Positions 1 through 8,472 of a stretch of 64,000 nucleotides of DNA are shown here, in pieces. The notes beneath the pieces were generated by a model. The model was given only the letters and a program-made list of their open reading frames with translations, was not told the origin of the DNA and did not search any database. How positions within the stretch are numbered: position 1 is the stretch's first letter; each line of letters begins with the position of its first letter. Origin of the DNA: Melioribacteraceae bacterium (lineage in GTDB: Bacteria; Bacteroidota; Ignavibacteria; Ignavibacteriales; Melioribacteraceae); assembly GCA_041674625.1 (NCBI GenBank), contig JBAYVI010000001.1:11421-75420 (forward strand), given 5' to 3'. The position numbers and the translations under genes were made by a program.

Positions 1-61
1 TTCAAAAGATTGTTGACTTCTTTTTTAAGCTCATAAGTTATGGGAGAAAAATAGTGTTTAG

Positions 62-202
62 TTAGCGGGTAAAGTTAATTTTCCAGTACTCGTGTGAGGT
101 AAACCGGCACGGTATAAAGGCGTGTGCCAGGTGCCAAAGGCAAGCGTTTAAACTTTTAAGAGCAACCATGGCATTGGCTTTAAAATGAGTCCAGTAGTTC
201 AT
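62..202 (-). CDS. hypothetical small protein (46 aa)
   Basis: Hand-translated ORF MNYWTHFKANAMVALKSLNACLWHLAHAFIPCRFTSHEYWKINFTR. ATG at 202 is preceded by a GGAGGG SD. Below the 60-aa cutoff of the ORF track; no motif recognised. Confidence 0.3.
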   Translation of the reverse strand: MNYWTHFKANAMVALKSLNACLWHLAHAFIPCRFTSHEYWKINFTR

Positions 203-234
203 TTACCCTCCAAAAATCGCTAACAAAGCAATTA

Positions 235-292
235 AGGCGGAGCCGCCGAGTCCGCCCGTTCAGTTTTCTGGAGCCTCTCGGCGGCTCCGCTT
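235..292 (-). terminator. GC-rich stem-loop downstream of ORF 332..487
   Basis: Perfect 14-bp inverted repeat GCGGAGCCGCCGAG (237-250) / CTCGGCGGCTCCGC (277-290), with a moderately T-rich tail on the minus strand. The track ORF 232..414 overlaps it and is probably spurious. Confidence 0.55.
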
Positions 293-331
293 ATTGCAAC
301 CGTTATACCCTCATAGAACCGGCAATCAGTT

Positions 332-487
332 TTACTTACAATTAAACGCCATTCCAGTCTTGTTACGCCACTTGCTTGCCTGACGCTTTGTGGGTTTAAT
401 ACCGGCCTTTTCACATGCCGCCTGAAAGGATTTAACCGTATTGCTGAAGGTCTTGTTGTTCATTGCGAGAATCTCTTTGATTGTCAT
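332..487 (-). CDS. hypothetical small protein (51 aa)
   Basis: Hand-translated MTIKEILAMNNKTFSNTVKSFQAACEKAGIKPTKRQASKWRNKTGMAFNCK. An SD-like GGGAGA lies upstream and the hairpin at 235-292 follows it. Confidence 0.4.
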   Translation of the reverse strand: MTIKEILAMNNKTFSNTVKSFQAACEKAGIKPTKRQASKWRNKTGMAFNCK

Positions 488-518
488 TTGTTTCTCCCTT
501 TTGGTTTTGGTTATTTAT

Positions 519-701
519 TTACACAGTTAAACACATATCCGCTAATTCATCAGCGAAATAAATTTCTTTTTCTTTTCCTACTCTACAAAGAAAACAATCC
601 TTTATGGGGTTATACTTAACCAATTTAATCCATTTAGATTCGCCCTTGATTCTAGCCTGATAATACTTGGAATGTTCCCAGGTGTCAATATTTGTTTGCA
701 T
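519..701 (-). CDS. hypothetical protein (60 aa)
   Basis: Track ORF. AAGGAG SD about 8 nt upstream of ATG 701. Confidence 0.5.
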   Translation of the reverse strand: MQTNIDTWEHSKYYQARIKGESKWIKLVKYNPIKDCFLCRVGKEKEIYFADELADMCLTV

Positions 702-913
702 TGGTAGTCTCCTTATTTAAAAGAGTTTAAAACAATTTGCCGTTTTCCGTAAACTCATATTCATTAGCAATTATAGTTTCTTCAATCGCTCCTTTTAATT
801 ATTTAATTCAACGTATCCAACTAAATCCTTTTTCTTATATTATCAACTTGAACAAGTATGTCAAGTATATTTTAAAGTTTTTTATAATTCTTTTTGTACT
901 TAAGCAAATAATA

Positions 914-943
914 TTAAAGTTTTCTCTTGACTAATCCGATAAG
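914..943 (+). promoter_or_regulatory. sigma-28/FliA-type promoter-like motif facing an ORF-free region
   Basis: TTAAAGTTTT-N11-TCCGATAAG, with the same spacing as the copies at 12443 and 13863. It points into the ORF-free stretch 944-1350. Confidence 0.4.
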
Positions 944-1350
944 GTGCTTAATGTAACGGATTAGTCTTTTACAGAAACGGTTTCTTATCCAGCGTTCTTT
1001 ACTCCGTGACCCGCCATGAGGTCTAAAAAGTAGCCTGAGCAGGTTTTATTCATGGCAATAAATTTTTATCCGCCCTTATGTGTACGGACCGGGGATGTTA
1101 ATTATTAATAAGCAAATAGCTGAAAGTAATTGACGAAAACAAGTAGAGTGAAATGGGACTCGTAAGAGTATTAGGAATATTTGTTCCTCCCCTGGGGTCT
1201 GACCAGCCTTAAATTGGTACTTGATAAAGGATACAAAGTTTTCTTAACCGTTTACATATTATTGTTTTCTGTTAAGTTTTATTTAGTAAGGGTGAAAAGT
1301 ATAGGAGCTTGATTCTATACTCCCCTGAAAACTACGGTCCCGAAAAAGGT

Positions 1351-1683
1351 TTAAAATAAAACACCCCTCCTAATTGCTTCCGCCCCTGCGAATCTATTCA
1401 ACCATTTAATCCCTACTGCAATATATCTTGGCTCACTGTAATAAACCATATTGCTAAACCCTCTTTTCATATACGCTGAGGGATGCGCTATTGCTTCGCC
1501 CGATTTTGTGTAATATCCCCTTAGCCTTTCCGCTCCGACAATATGAGGTTTCTTACTCCCGTTGACCGCAATCACGTTTAAATGATTAATATTATCGCCT
1601 GCAACCCGCACCATCCGTTTTATTTCTTTTCTTACTATCTCAGCATCATGTTTGTTTAAGTACTGCTCAATTGTAATATTCAT
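1351..1683 (-). CDS. hypothetical protein (110 aa)
   Basis: Track ORF with an AGGAAACAGGAAA SD-like region upstream. No motif recognised. Confidence 0.6.
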   Translation of the reverse strand: MNITIEQYLNKHDAEIVRKEIKRMVRVAGDNINHLNVIAVNGSKKPHIVGAERLRGYYTKSGEAIAHPSAYMKRGFSNMVYYSEPRYIAVGIKWLNRFAGAEAIRRGVLF

Positions 1684-1841
1684 TTTTCCTGTTTCCTTTA
1701 TTTATAAGGGTTTAAAAGGTATATCAATTTTAAACTATCATAAAGGCCCAGTACAGCCGTTTTCAATGCTTACCATCCTACCCTATTACCTAGTACCTAA
1801 TCGTGGCGTGGCGGTCATCCTATACCACTAAATTTCGCATC

Positions 1842-3209
1842 CTAGAGATTCAGCTTCCTTGTAATCTCTTTTCCAGAATCTGAAGTACTAGCATTCCTGT
1901 AGTGCTTCGCTTGTTCCATAGTGCGCTTAATATCATCCTTTCGGGTTTTTTGCATTGTGGGCATGCTTGCAATAATTTCCTCTATCTCTTCAAAGTGTGA
2001 ATCCTTCGCAAGTTGTTCAATTTCCGCCCCGGTCCATTGTTCCAGTTTTGAAGCAATACTGCAATCTAATTTTGAATTGTGCTTTTTGTTCATAATCTCG
2101 ATGATTGCTTTTCTCTCTTGAAGATTAGGAAAGCCAACAAAGAAAATTGCATCCCAACGCCCAGGACGTAGAAATTCAGGCGGCAAAGAAGATAGATCAT
2201 TGCTTGTCGCTACAATGACGCTATCACTTGCCCGGTCATTAAACCATGAAAGGAAATGTCCCACTTGTCCCTTGCTTGTTCCTGAATCCCCAGAACCCAT
2301 AGAAAGCATTTTCTCTATTTCATCAAGCAAGACGACACACTTACCAATAGAGTCAACGGTTTTTGTGAATAGCCGGGTTTTCTTTTCGGTCTCTCCGACA
2401 AGTCCGCCCTTCATTGCTCCAGCATCCGCTTGGATAAGGTCCGCCTGCATGATGTTAGCCAACGCCTTTGCAAAGAGGCTTTTTCCGCATCCTGGTACTC
2501 CTACCAGCAGAATAGAACGCAAGCGCGGCATGTGTTCATTGCCTGGATCAAACGCTTTCATTCTAGCCGACAAGAAACGTTTTGCTTCTTCCATGCCGCC
2601 AACGCTTTCCATATTTTCAGGACGTGCAATACTCATAAAACCAGTTTTCTCGATCAGGGCTTTACGGGCAGACAAAACGCCCTGCCTTGTAATTTCTTTT
2701 GTCTCGATTGCCTGGAGAGCAAGACTGTTTTCGGTTTCCTCATATCCTAAACCTAGACAAGAGCAAGCAATATCGTTTTCTATCGGTAAACCGTATTGCT
2801 TGAAATTCTCTACCATTCCCTGAAATGCAGACAAAGACGGCAAAGAATAATCAATATGGTGGAAAATCTTTTTCAGAGTATCCGGCAATTCTGCATCCGT
2901 GCCAACACAAACAATGCAGACTTGTTTATTCTTCAATGCCTGATAGGTGTTAAGGATCATTTGTTGTATTTCTTTTTTCTCGAAAAACCAGTTAATATTT
3001 TCGCAGATGATAACAGTCTGGGAAAGAGTTTTGGCGTATTCGAGAAGCTCCGCAATGTCCTTGTATTCGCCTTGTATACCTTCCAGCGGGTTCCACTTCA
3101 GAATGGGGAAAGAATCGCCCGTAGTAATGTCTTGAACGGCTCTTTTAATTTCGAGCGTTTCAATACAGACAAGAGGGACACCTGCTTTTATGTAGTTTGT
3201 GAGATTCAT
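1842..3209 (-). CDS. AAA+ ATPase (CDC48/FtsH-like ATPase module)
   Basis: Walker A GVPGCGKS, Walker B VVLLDEIE, and ATSNDLSSLPPEFLRPGRWD (sensor/Arg-finger region). I moved the start to ATG 3209 (MNLTNYIK), which overlaps the stop of 3206..3418 as ATGA. The track ORF runs to 3332. Confidence 0.85.
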   Translation of the reverse strand: MNLTNYIKAGVPLVCIETLEIKRAVQDITTGDSFPILKWNPLEGIQGEYKDIAELLEYAKTLSQTVIICENINWFFEKKEIQQMILNTYQALKNKQVCIVCVGTDAELPDTLKKIFHHIDYSLPSLSAFQGMVENFKQYGLPIENDIACSCLGLGYEETENSLALQAIETKEITRQGVLSARKALIEKTGFMSIARPENMESVGGMEEAKRFLSARMKAFDPGNEHMPRLRSILLVGVPGCGKSLFAKALANIMQADLIQADAGAMKGGLVGETEKKTRLFTKTVDSIGKCVVLLDEIEKMLSMGSGDSGTSKGQVGHFLSWFNDRASDSVIVATSNDLSSLPPEFLRPGRWDAIFFVGFPNLQERKAIIEIMNKKHNSKLDCSIASKLEQWTGAEIEQLAKDSHFEEIEEIIASMPTMQKTRKDDIKRTMEQAKHYRNASTSDSGKEITRKLNL

Positions 3210-3418
3210 TTTGTAGCCTCTTTGTCTAAATGATGTTTGACTAATTTCCAGATATAACCATGCTTGCCTTCTGGGGTACATGTTTTCCCCGTACAACAGT
3301 GAGAACAAACAAGCATTGAACAACCTTTGCAAGCATGGTTTGCGGGATGATATGGAGTGTCATCCCTTACCAGCTCAAAACAATTCCCATCTATATCTAT
3401 GTATGCTGTATCACTCAT
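3206..3418 (-). CDS. Cys-rich small protein (70 aa)
   Basis: Track ORF with a cysteine cluster CKGCSMLVCSHCCTGKTC. Translationally coupled to the AAA+ gene. Confidence 0.5.
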   Translation of the reverse strand: MSDTAYIDIDGNCFELVRDDTPYHPANHACKGCSMLVCSHCCTGKTCTPEGKHGYIWKLVKHHLDKEATK

Positions 3419-3498
3419 TTTGTTCCCCTTTCTTTGTTTTAATTATAAACTCCACAAAGGGGATGTTTCTCAATTCATCCCCTCAAGCAATCTACAAT

Positions 3499-4473
3499 TT
3501 AATTCAGGGACAATACCCTGTTCCCAATTTCCTCAATTACAGAATCCGGGGTACTGCCCAAAATCAAGTCAAATGCTTTTTCTGCAAACTTCTGACTTGT
3601 CCCAAACAAAGAAGACTCCATTCTATCCGTATTCTTTCTCAGGCTGTTTTCATGTGTAGTGAGGTACGTCACTCCATTGAACAGATCCCAACCCGTGCCG
3701 CGCTGCCCTGGCGGGATTTTGGAAGCATTGTCGCCGATGATCTGCGCGAGCTTTTCCATATTGTTTTTCGATCTGGTACTTTCCTTTTCGCCGTACAGCT
3801 TGGAAATGATAGCGGCCTGAGATTCAGGACTAAAACGCATCTTGGCAAGCGTCTTGAATTTGTCTTGCAACGTCTGGTTTGCTTCCCGCATTTCGTTGAA
3901 TGCTTTTACCCACAATCCAAGACGGTCCCCGGCCTTTGCCGTCTGTTTCGTGCTGAAAACCTCGTCAGCGTTCAAGCTCTTTTTCCATTGGGTAAACGTG
4001 TTTGCGCATTCAACGCGAATGATAGACAATCCAAGCGTCAATTTCATTGTTCCATCATGGGGCAGCGCGGCCACAATGTGTGTCTGCATGGTGTTGCCTT
4101 CACCCACGTTGTAGCCGTCACTGCTCATATTAAAAAACACCTTTTCACCATTACCGATTGCGCCGCAACTTTCCATTTCCCCAAGCTGATCAAGGATAGA
4201 AAAAATCGCTTCGCTTTGGTTCGGCACAAAACGCCCTTTACAAACGCGCAAGGTGGCCCCGTTGTTGTCGTTCACAAGGTGGCTATAGTCCTGTATGGTG
4301 TCGCCGTTGCGGTCATATACAGGATGCAAAGATACGTTAAAATCAGCCTTGCTTGCAGAAAACAATTCCCGATTAGTTGCATCAGGGAAGCTGTAATTTT
4401 CCTCTTCTTTTGCCCACCACGGTTGTTTCTCGGATTTTGTTGCAAACATCTTGTTTTCCATATTAGCGGCCAT
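3499..4473 (-). CDS. DUF932 / phage-plasmid-like protein (TIGR03299-like)
   Basis: 324-aa ORF. The motifs IIRVECANTF and WDLFNGVTYLTTHE resemble the DUF932 family; this is from memory, not searched. Confidence 0.7.
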   Translation of the reverse strand: MAANMENKMFATKSEKQPWWAKEEENYSFPDATNRELFSASKADFNVSLHPVYDRNGDTIQDYSHLVNDNNGATLRVCKGRFVPNQSEAIFSILDQLGEMESCGAIGNGEKVFFNMSSDGYNVGEGNTMQTHIVAALPHDGTMKLTLGLSIIRVECANTFTQWKKSLNADEVFSTKQTAKAGDRLGLWVKAFNEMREANQTLQDKFKTLAKMRFSPESQAAIISKLYGEKESTRSKNNMEKLAQIIGDNASKIPPGQRGTGWDLFNGVTYLTTHENSLRKNTDRMESSLFGTSQKFAEKAFDLILGSTPDSVIEEIGNRVLSLN

Positions 4474-4515
4474 GATCTTTCCCCTTTAAAATTGATTAGT
4501 TAAATAATAAATAAA

Positions 4516-4800
4516 CTACATTCTTTCGTTGCATACAATGCGGGAAACATATTCCTTTCCGTCATTATAAAAAGTTTCAAGGTCCGAAATTAACTCTTGT
4601 AAGTTTTCGTCAAAAGAAAAACAATTATCAATTTCCATATAGCCAGATTCTAATAAACCTACATTGCAATTGCCGCCGAAAACAATCCGGCTATCTGTTT
4701 TTAATATCTCGAAATTATGATACTCTCCCTCATTGTCTTGAAATTCGATGATTCCAACGTACTCCGCTTTGTCTGTATTGGTTGCTTCCCATTGTTTCAT
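4516..4800 (-). CDS. hypothetical protein (94 aa)
   Basis: Track ORF with a GGGGAAA SD-like region upstream. Confidence 0.55.
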   Translation of the reverse strand: MKQWEATNTDKAEYVGIIEFQDNEGEYHNFEILKTDSRIVFGGNCNVGLLESGYMEIDNCFSFDENLQELISDLETFYNDGKEYVSRIVCNERM

Positions 4801-4887
4801 ATCGTTTCCCCTTTAAAATTGATTAGGTTTAAAAACTCTTAAATACCTTATAATTCTTTTAAACAAATAAAACAAAAAATAATTCAT

Positions 4888-5028
4888 TTAATAAAGAATC
4901 CATCTACCACATGACCGAACCCCGTTTTTATAATCCAGCCAACTCTGGAAGCATTCAGCAAAATAAAGCATCATATCCAGAGAGACAAAGGCCAGAATGA
5001 TTATCAATACGGAAATTGCTGTTCTCAT
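4888..5028 (-). CDS. small hydrophobic protein (46 aa)
   Basis: Hand-translated MRTAISVLIIILAFVSLDMMLYFAECFQSWLDYKNGVRSCGRWILY. Strong AAAGGAGG SD 8 nt upstream of ATG 5028. Confidence 0.35.
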   Translation of the reverse strand: MRTAISVLIIILAFVSLDMMLYFAECFQSWLDYKNGVRSCGRWILY

Positions 5029-5043
5029 TTCTCAAACCTCCTT

Positions 5044-5148
5044 TCAAAACCAGATTATTCTAACGACAACAAAGAGACCCCATACAAAGAGAGTTGAACC
5101 AATTGCCCAAACAATCATAAAGCACAAAACCTTTATCCAATATCGCAT
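5044..5148 (-). CDS. small hydrophobic protein (34 aa)
   Basis: Hand-translated MRYWIKVLCFMIVWAIGSTLFVWGLFVVVRIIWF. Its ATG abuts the stop of 5149..5412 (TAAATG). Confidence 0.3.
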   Translation of the reverse strand: MRYWIKVLCFMIVWAIGSTLFVWGLFVVVRIIWF

Positions 5149-5412
5149 TTATCTTTTCCTCCTATGTTGTGAAGCAATGCGCTTTGTCCGCTCTCTTATA
5201 TTCTCCGCCATCCCAAGGGCAACCCCATAATCAAGCGTATTAAAATCATCTTGCGGCCTGTACTTGCCATCAACAAAGAGCTGCACCGTGTACCCTTCCT
5301 GGCCCTCTACAATCTTTGTTTTAACTTTCATAGCAATCAATCCTGATAGTAAGGAATTGTCAGACATAAGGCTACACTTGCCCGTGTTACAAGATATGAT
5401 ACACTTTGCCAT
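5149..5412 (-). CDS. hypothetical protein (87 aa)
   Basis: Track ORF in a co-oriented gene string. Confidence 0.5.
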   Translation of the reverse strand: MAKCIISCNTGKCSLMSDNSLLSGLIAMKVKTKIVEGQEGYTVQLFVDGKYRPQDDFNTLDYGVALGMAENIRERTKRIASQHRRKR

Positions 5413-5492
5413 ATTCTACCATTAAGGCAGTAGATGACAAGACTTTGTGTGTGGTTCTGGAAAAGGATTGTGGTTGTCATGGCGTGGTCTCC

Positions 5493-5696
5493 TTACTCTT
5501 GACCCATATCAATACAGTCAGGGCAAAAAATCCCTTCTGACTCTCCGATGATGCAATCTTCCCAGCCGCCCAGGTTTAAGGCCTCTGTTAACTCTTCTAT
5601 AGTTTCGGCCTCTTCAAATTTGAACCCTCCGCATAAATGGCATTCAAACCTAAATAATCTTGTCGCCCCTGATTTCACGTCTGCTTCTTTAATCAT
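5493..5696 (-). CDS. hypothetical zinc-ribbon-like protein (67 aa)
   Basis: Track ORF with CHLCGG ... CPDC cysteine pairs. Confidence 0.5.
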   Translation of the reverse strand: MIKEADVKSGATRLFRFECHLCGGFKFEEAETIEELTEALNLGGWEDCIIGESEGIFCPDCIDMGQE

Positions 5697-5698
5697 AT

Positions 5699-5887
5699 TC
5701 AGCTCCTTTTTAAATCAGTAAATCCAAGGGCGATTAATTTCTCTCTTGCCTCTTCTTTACTGGTAAAGCATTTGTGCGCCTCTTCCGTGTTTTCTTCCTG
5801 GCTCGCCTTTGTTTCCATATACGTCCAAACAACCATGGAGTTGATAAGGCTGGAGACTTCCTTATTTAATTTATTGCTGATTTTCAT
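5699..5887 (-). CDS. hypothetical protein (62 aa)
   Basis: Track ORF with a GGAGGGCGGGACA SD-like region upstream. First gene of the leftward string. Confidence 0.5.
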   Translation of the reverse strand: MKISNKLNKEVSSLINSMVVWTYMETKASQEENTEEAHKCFTSKEEAREKLIALGFTDLKRS

Positions 5888-6249
5888 TGTCCCGCCCTCC
5901 TGAATAAAGATTAAATAAACTGTATGACTATTCTTACCATAAACAAATAAACTTTGTCACGAAAATAATGCATACAAGTTAAATAATTCTTTTAGCTCAA
6001 ACAAATACTTTAATGTATAAATAGCAAGTACTATGCCATAAGTATTAAAGATAATACTACACAAGATACCCGCAAACATGCATGGTTATAGGGAAAACGC
6101 TGTAGCAAAGCGATAAAAACTTTATAAGGCATAGACATACCAAACAACATAAACCCCTCTGCAAGCGTTTAAACGCATAATAAAGGTATGTCAATACGTT
6201 GACACTGTATGCTATGTAAAGAAAGTTTATAAGGGATAACAGAGAAGAT

Positions 6250-6640
6250 AAGGGAAGGTGGATAGTGTACTATAGCAATGAAGATTGTTAGGTACAATTA
6301 ACTATGATAGGTATGGTTAAAGAGTTAAGCATAGTACAATGTAGTACAGATATGCGGACATAGTACGTCGATGCGTCAAGTGTTAGGTACGTTAAAGAGT
6401 GTATGTACTATGTTAGATAGTACAAGAGGTACAATGATGTTAGAGGACTGTGATATAGTTAGGTATATGGTGCATGTGTTAGGTAAGGCTAACAAGGTAT
6501 GTTTTGCAGTAGAAGATGCGACGTGGTGTAGTGTGTTAGTGGCGCTTGATGGAGTGGGTAATGGTTGATAGAGTTATATAGTGTGTAGATTGTTAGAGGA
6601 GCATGACATAGTAAGGGAGGTGGATAGTGTTAGGGGTATG
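6250..6640. repeat. iteron-like degenerate direct repeats in a C-poor ORF-free region
   Basis: GTTAGGTA occurs at 6287, 6382, 6458 and 6478, with GTTAGGGGTA at 6629. TAAGGGA(A)GGTGGATAGTGT occurs at 6250-6268 and 6612-6630. CATAGTAC/ATAGTAC recurs several times, all on one strand. Confidence 0.5.
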
Positions 6641-6762
6641 GCATCGGAAATACGGGCATGGTACCCACCACTTCCGGCTGCCCGGTGTCATTTACAAGAT
6701 TTTATATTTTTGAACCAGTATTTTACACTATGATATATTTTCACATTATATTACATTATTTG

Positions 6763-6791
6763 TTAAAGTTATCTGAAATTATGCCGATAAG
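6763..6791 (+). promoter_or_regulatory. sigma-28/FliA-type promoter-like motif
   Basis: TTAAAGTTA-N11-GCCGATAAG, 30 nt upstream of ATG 6821. Confidence 0.5.
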
Positions 6792-6820
6792 GTATTATAA
6801 CTAATTTAACCGGAGGTAAT

Positions 6821-6997
6821 ATGAACAAAGAAGAATTTGATACAAAGAGAAAAGAACTTGGTTGGTCAAAGAGAGAATTAGCAAATCGTCTTGGGATTAC
6901 GGAGAGAACGATTCATGGGTACATGGCTGGAAACAAGATTCCCCAAACCGTTGAATATCTTTTCAATATGTTATATTTAAAACATGGAGGTCAATAA
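6821..6997 (+). CDS. XRE-family helix-turn-helix regulator (58 aa)
   Basis: Hand-translated MNKEEFDTKRKELGWSKRELANRLGITERTIHGYMAGNKIPQTVEYLFNMLYLKHGGQ. GGAGG SD present. Its stop overlaps the next ATG (TAATG). Confidence 0.7.
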   Translation: MNKEEFDTKRKELGWSKRELANRLGITERTIHGYMAGNKIPQTVEYLFNMLYLKHGGQ

Positions 6998-7815
6998 TGG
7001 AACAAATACCAGAGGCTTATTTAATATCAGCGGGTATATCTAAACTAACCGGAGAATCAAAATATCACGGACAAAAGAAACACCCACTATATGGAAGATG
7101 GATGAGAATGAAGAGAAGATGTTACGATACAAACAATAAAAGCTATAAGAGTTACGGAGCGAAGGGCGTCTATGTTTGTAATGAATGGTTACATGATTTT
7201 AAACCATTTTACGATTGGTGCATGGATAATGGGTATTCTCAAGAATTAGATATTGATAGAATTAATCCATGTGGCCCGTACTCACCATGTAATTGTCGGT
7301 TCATAACTAAATTTGAAAATTCTCAGAATAAAAGAAAGAAAACTGATTATAGAGGAGTTTCGTTTAATAAAACTAAAAATATATATTCTGGAACATTAAC
7401 ATTAAACCGAAGCGTTATTTTTAGAAGAAACTTTAAAGACGAATTAAGAGCGGCGATTATGAGAGATAAATTTATTGCACAGAATAATCTCCCGCACGAA
7501 ATGAATTTTCCAGAAAGAAGAGATGAATTTGTAGTAGGACCAAAAGTTAAAGCGTTTAGTACTAGAAAATCATCTGGGTTTACAATTCATGGATTATCAA
7601 AGTCCCCTATACACAAAAGATGGGATCTGATTAAAAAGAGACGCAACGAAACTAAAGGACGAATAACTATCTGTGAAGAATGGGATAAAAATTTTATGTC
7701 ATTTTATAATTGGTCAATAGAAAATGGGTTCGACGAAAAATTAGCACTATTTAGAAAAGATATAAGTTTAGGATATTCACCGGATAATTGTGAATATAAA
7801 GAAATGGTATATTAA
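6997..7815 (+). CDS. AP2-domain, homing-endonuclease-like DNA-binding protein
   Basis: YRGVSFNKTKNIYSGTL is AP2-like. The module HPLYGRWMRMKRRC...CNEW...DIDRINP..Y.P.NCRF is duplicated internally and is paralogous to 28665..29366. The HNH-like His positions are not evident. Confidence 0.6.
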   Translation: MEQIPEAYLISAGISKLTGESKYHGQKKHPLYGRWMRMKRRCYDTNNKSYKSYGAKGVYVCNEWLHDFKPFYDWCMDNGYSQELDIDRINPCGPYSPCNCRFITKFENSQNKRKKTDYRGVSFNKTKNIYSGTLTLNRSVIFRRNFKDELRAAIMRDKFIAQNNLPHEMNFPERRDEFVVGPKVKAFSTRKSSGFTIHGLSKSPIHKRWDLIKKRRNETKGRITICEEWDKNFMSFYNWSIENGFDEKLALFRKDISLGYSPDNCEYKEMVY

Positions 7816-8027
7816 GTTAGTGAGGAGTAGTCTAGGTATAAATAATATGATCTATGACACTTTAACTTATTTCTTGACAAGGGATAGGCATTACATTTAC
7901 AAAAATAATCTAAACCAAAATACCTTAATAAAAATATTATATAATTTTACAAATACTAAATATTCTGTTTTAATCTTTGATAACTATTTTAACTTTTCCA
8001 TATCTCCTTATACTGTATTTATAAATA

Positions 8028-8165
8028 TTATCTTATCCGTGGGCAAAATTCTGGAGCCTTGTAATATTTATCATAATTAGTTCCCTTTCTACCTACAACA
8101 GGGTGAGAGCAAACATTACTATCTTCTGAAGCGAATTTACACTTATCGCATCTTATTTTTATCAC
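8028..8165 (-). CDS. small zinc-ribbon-like protein (45 aa)
   Basis: Hand-translated (GTG start) MIKIRCDKCKFASEDSNVCSHPVVGRKGTNYDKYYKAPEFCPRIR. It overlaps the end of 8143..8370. Confidence 0.3.
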   Translation of the reverse strand: MIKIRCDKCKFASEDSNVCSHPVVGRKGTNYDKYYKAPEFCPRIR

Positions 8166-8370
8166 TCTTTACAATCTCCCCATCAACTCTAATACTATCT
8201 ACCTGATATGCCCAATGAACTGTAAGGTAATCTTGTAAAGCCTCTTCCCCTGAAGTATAACTATTCCCCTTTGTCCTTGCTAAGTCTTTCATAACTTGAA
8301 TAGCTTTTTCTTCTGAAATAATATGGACTCTATTTTCATCTAAATAATTAGGTGTTTCATAAACTATCAT
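8143..8370 (-). CDS. hypothetical protein (75 aa)
   Basis: Track ORF with an SD-like AGGAGAA upstream. Confidence 0.55.
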   Translation of the reverse strand: MIVYETPNYLDENRVHIISEEKAIQVMKDLARTKGNSYTSGEEALQDYLTVHWAYQVDSIRVDGEIVKSDKNKMR

Positions 8371-8472
8371 TTATTCTCCTATGGAGTATGGGTACCTTTA
8401 TTCAAAAGTTTTTTGATTAGAAAAGTGAATCCAAAAATATTATAATATATTTTCTGGACTAAATATTCTGTT

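Noticed and set aside
737-934. 65-aa + strand ORF (similarly 7790..8080, a 96-aa ORF)
   Set aside because: Both are extremely AT-rich with Ile/Leu/Phe/Asn/Tyr composition and lie in intergenic DNA. 737..934 overlaps the promoter-like motif at 914. There is no SD.
2200-2823. 207-aa and neighbouring + strand ORFs (1921..2121, 2430..2750, 2796..3233, 2947..3135)
   Set aside because: All are antisense shadows of the AAA+ ATPase gene, whose Walker A/B motifs fix the coding strand.
3280-4503. 407-aa + strand ORF, the longest unassigned ORF in the left arm
   Set aside because: It is entirely antisense to the DUF932-like gene (3499..4473) and to 3206..3418, both of which have recognisable motifs, SDs and operon context. 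Its translation is Cys/Phe/His/Arg-rich with no motif and no SD. This is a typical shadow ORF in a G+C-richer region.
141-6175. 13-nt repeat GCAAGCGTTTAAAC at about 141 and about 6159
   Set aside because: A single exact 13-mer match within 64 kb on two strands is within chance expectation. No extended similarity flanks it.
6371-6568. 65-aa ORF inside the repeat region
   Set aside because: It lies wholly within the C-poor iteron-like repeats. The frame is open because of the skewed composition (few stop-forming patterns). It has no SD and is better explained as non-coding.
6240-6660. Possible CRISPR array
   Set aside because: The repeats are only 8-19 nt, degenerate and irregularly spaced, with no uniform spacer length. 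No cas genes or leader are present.
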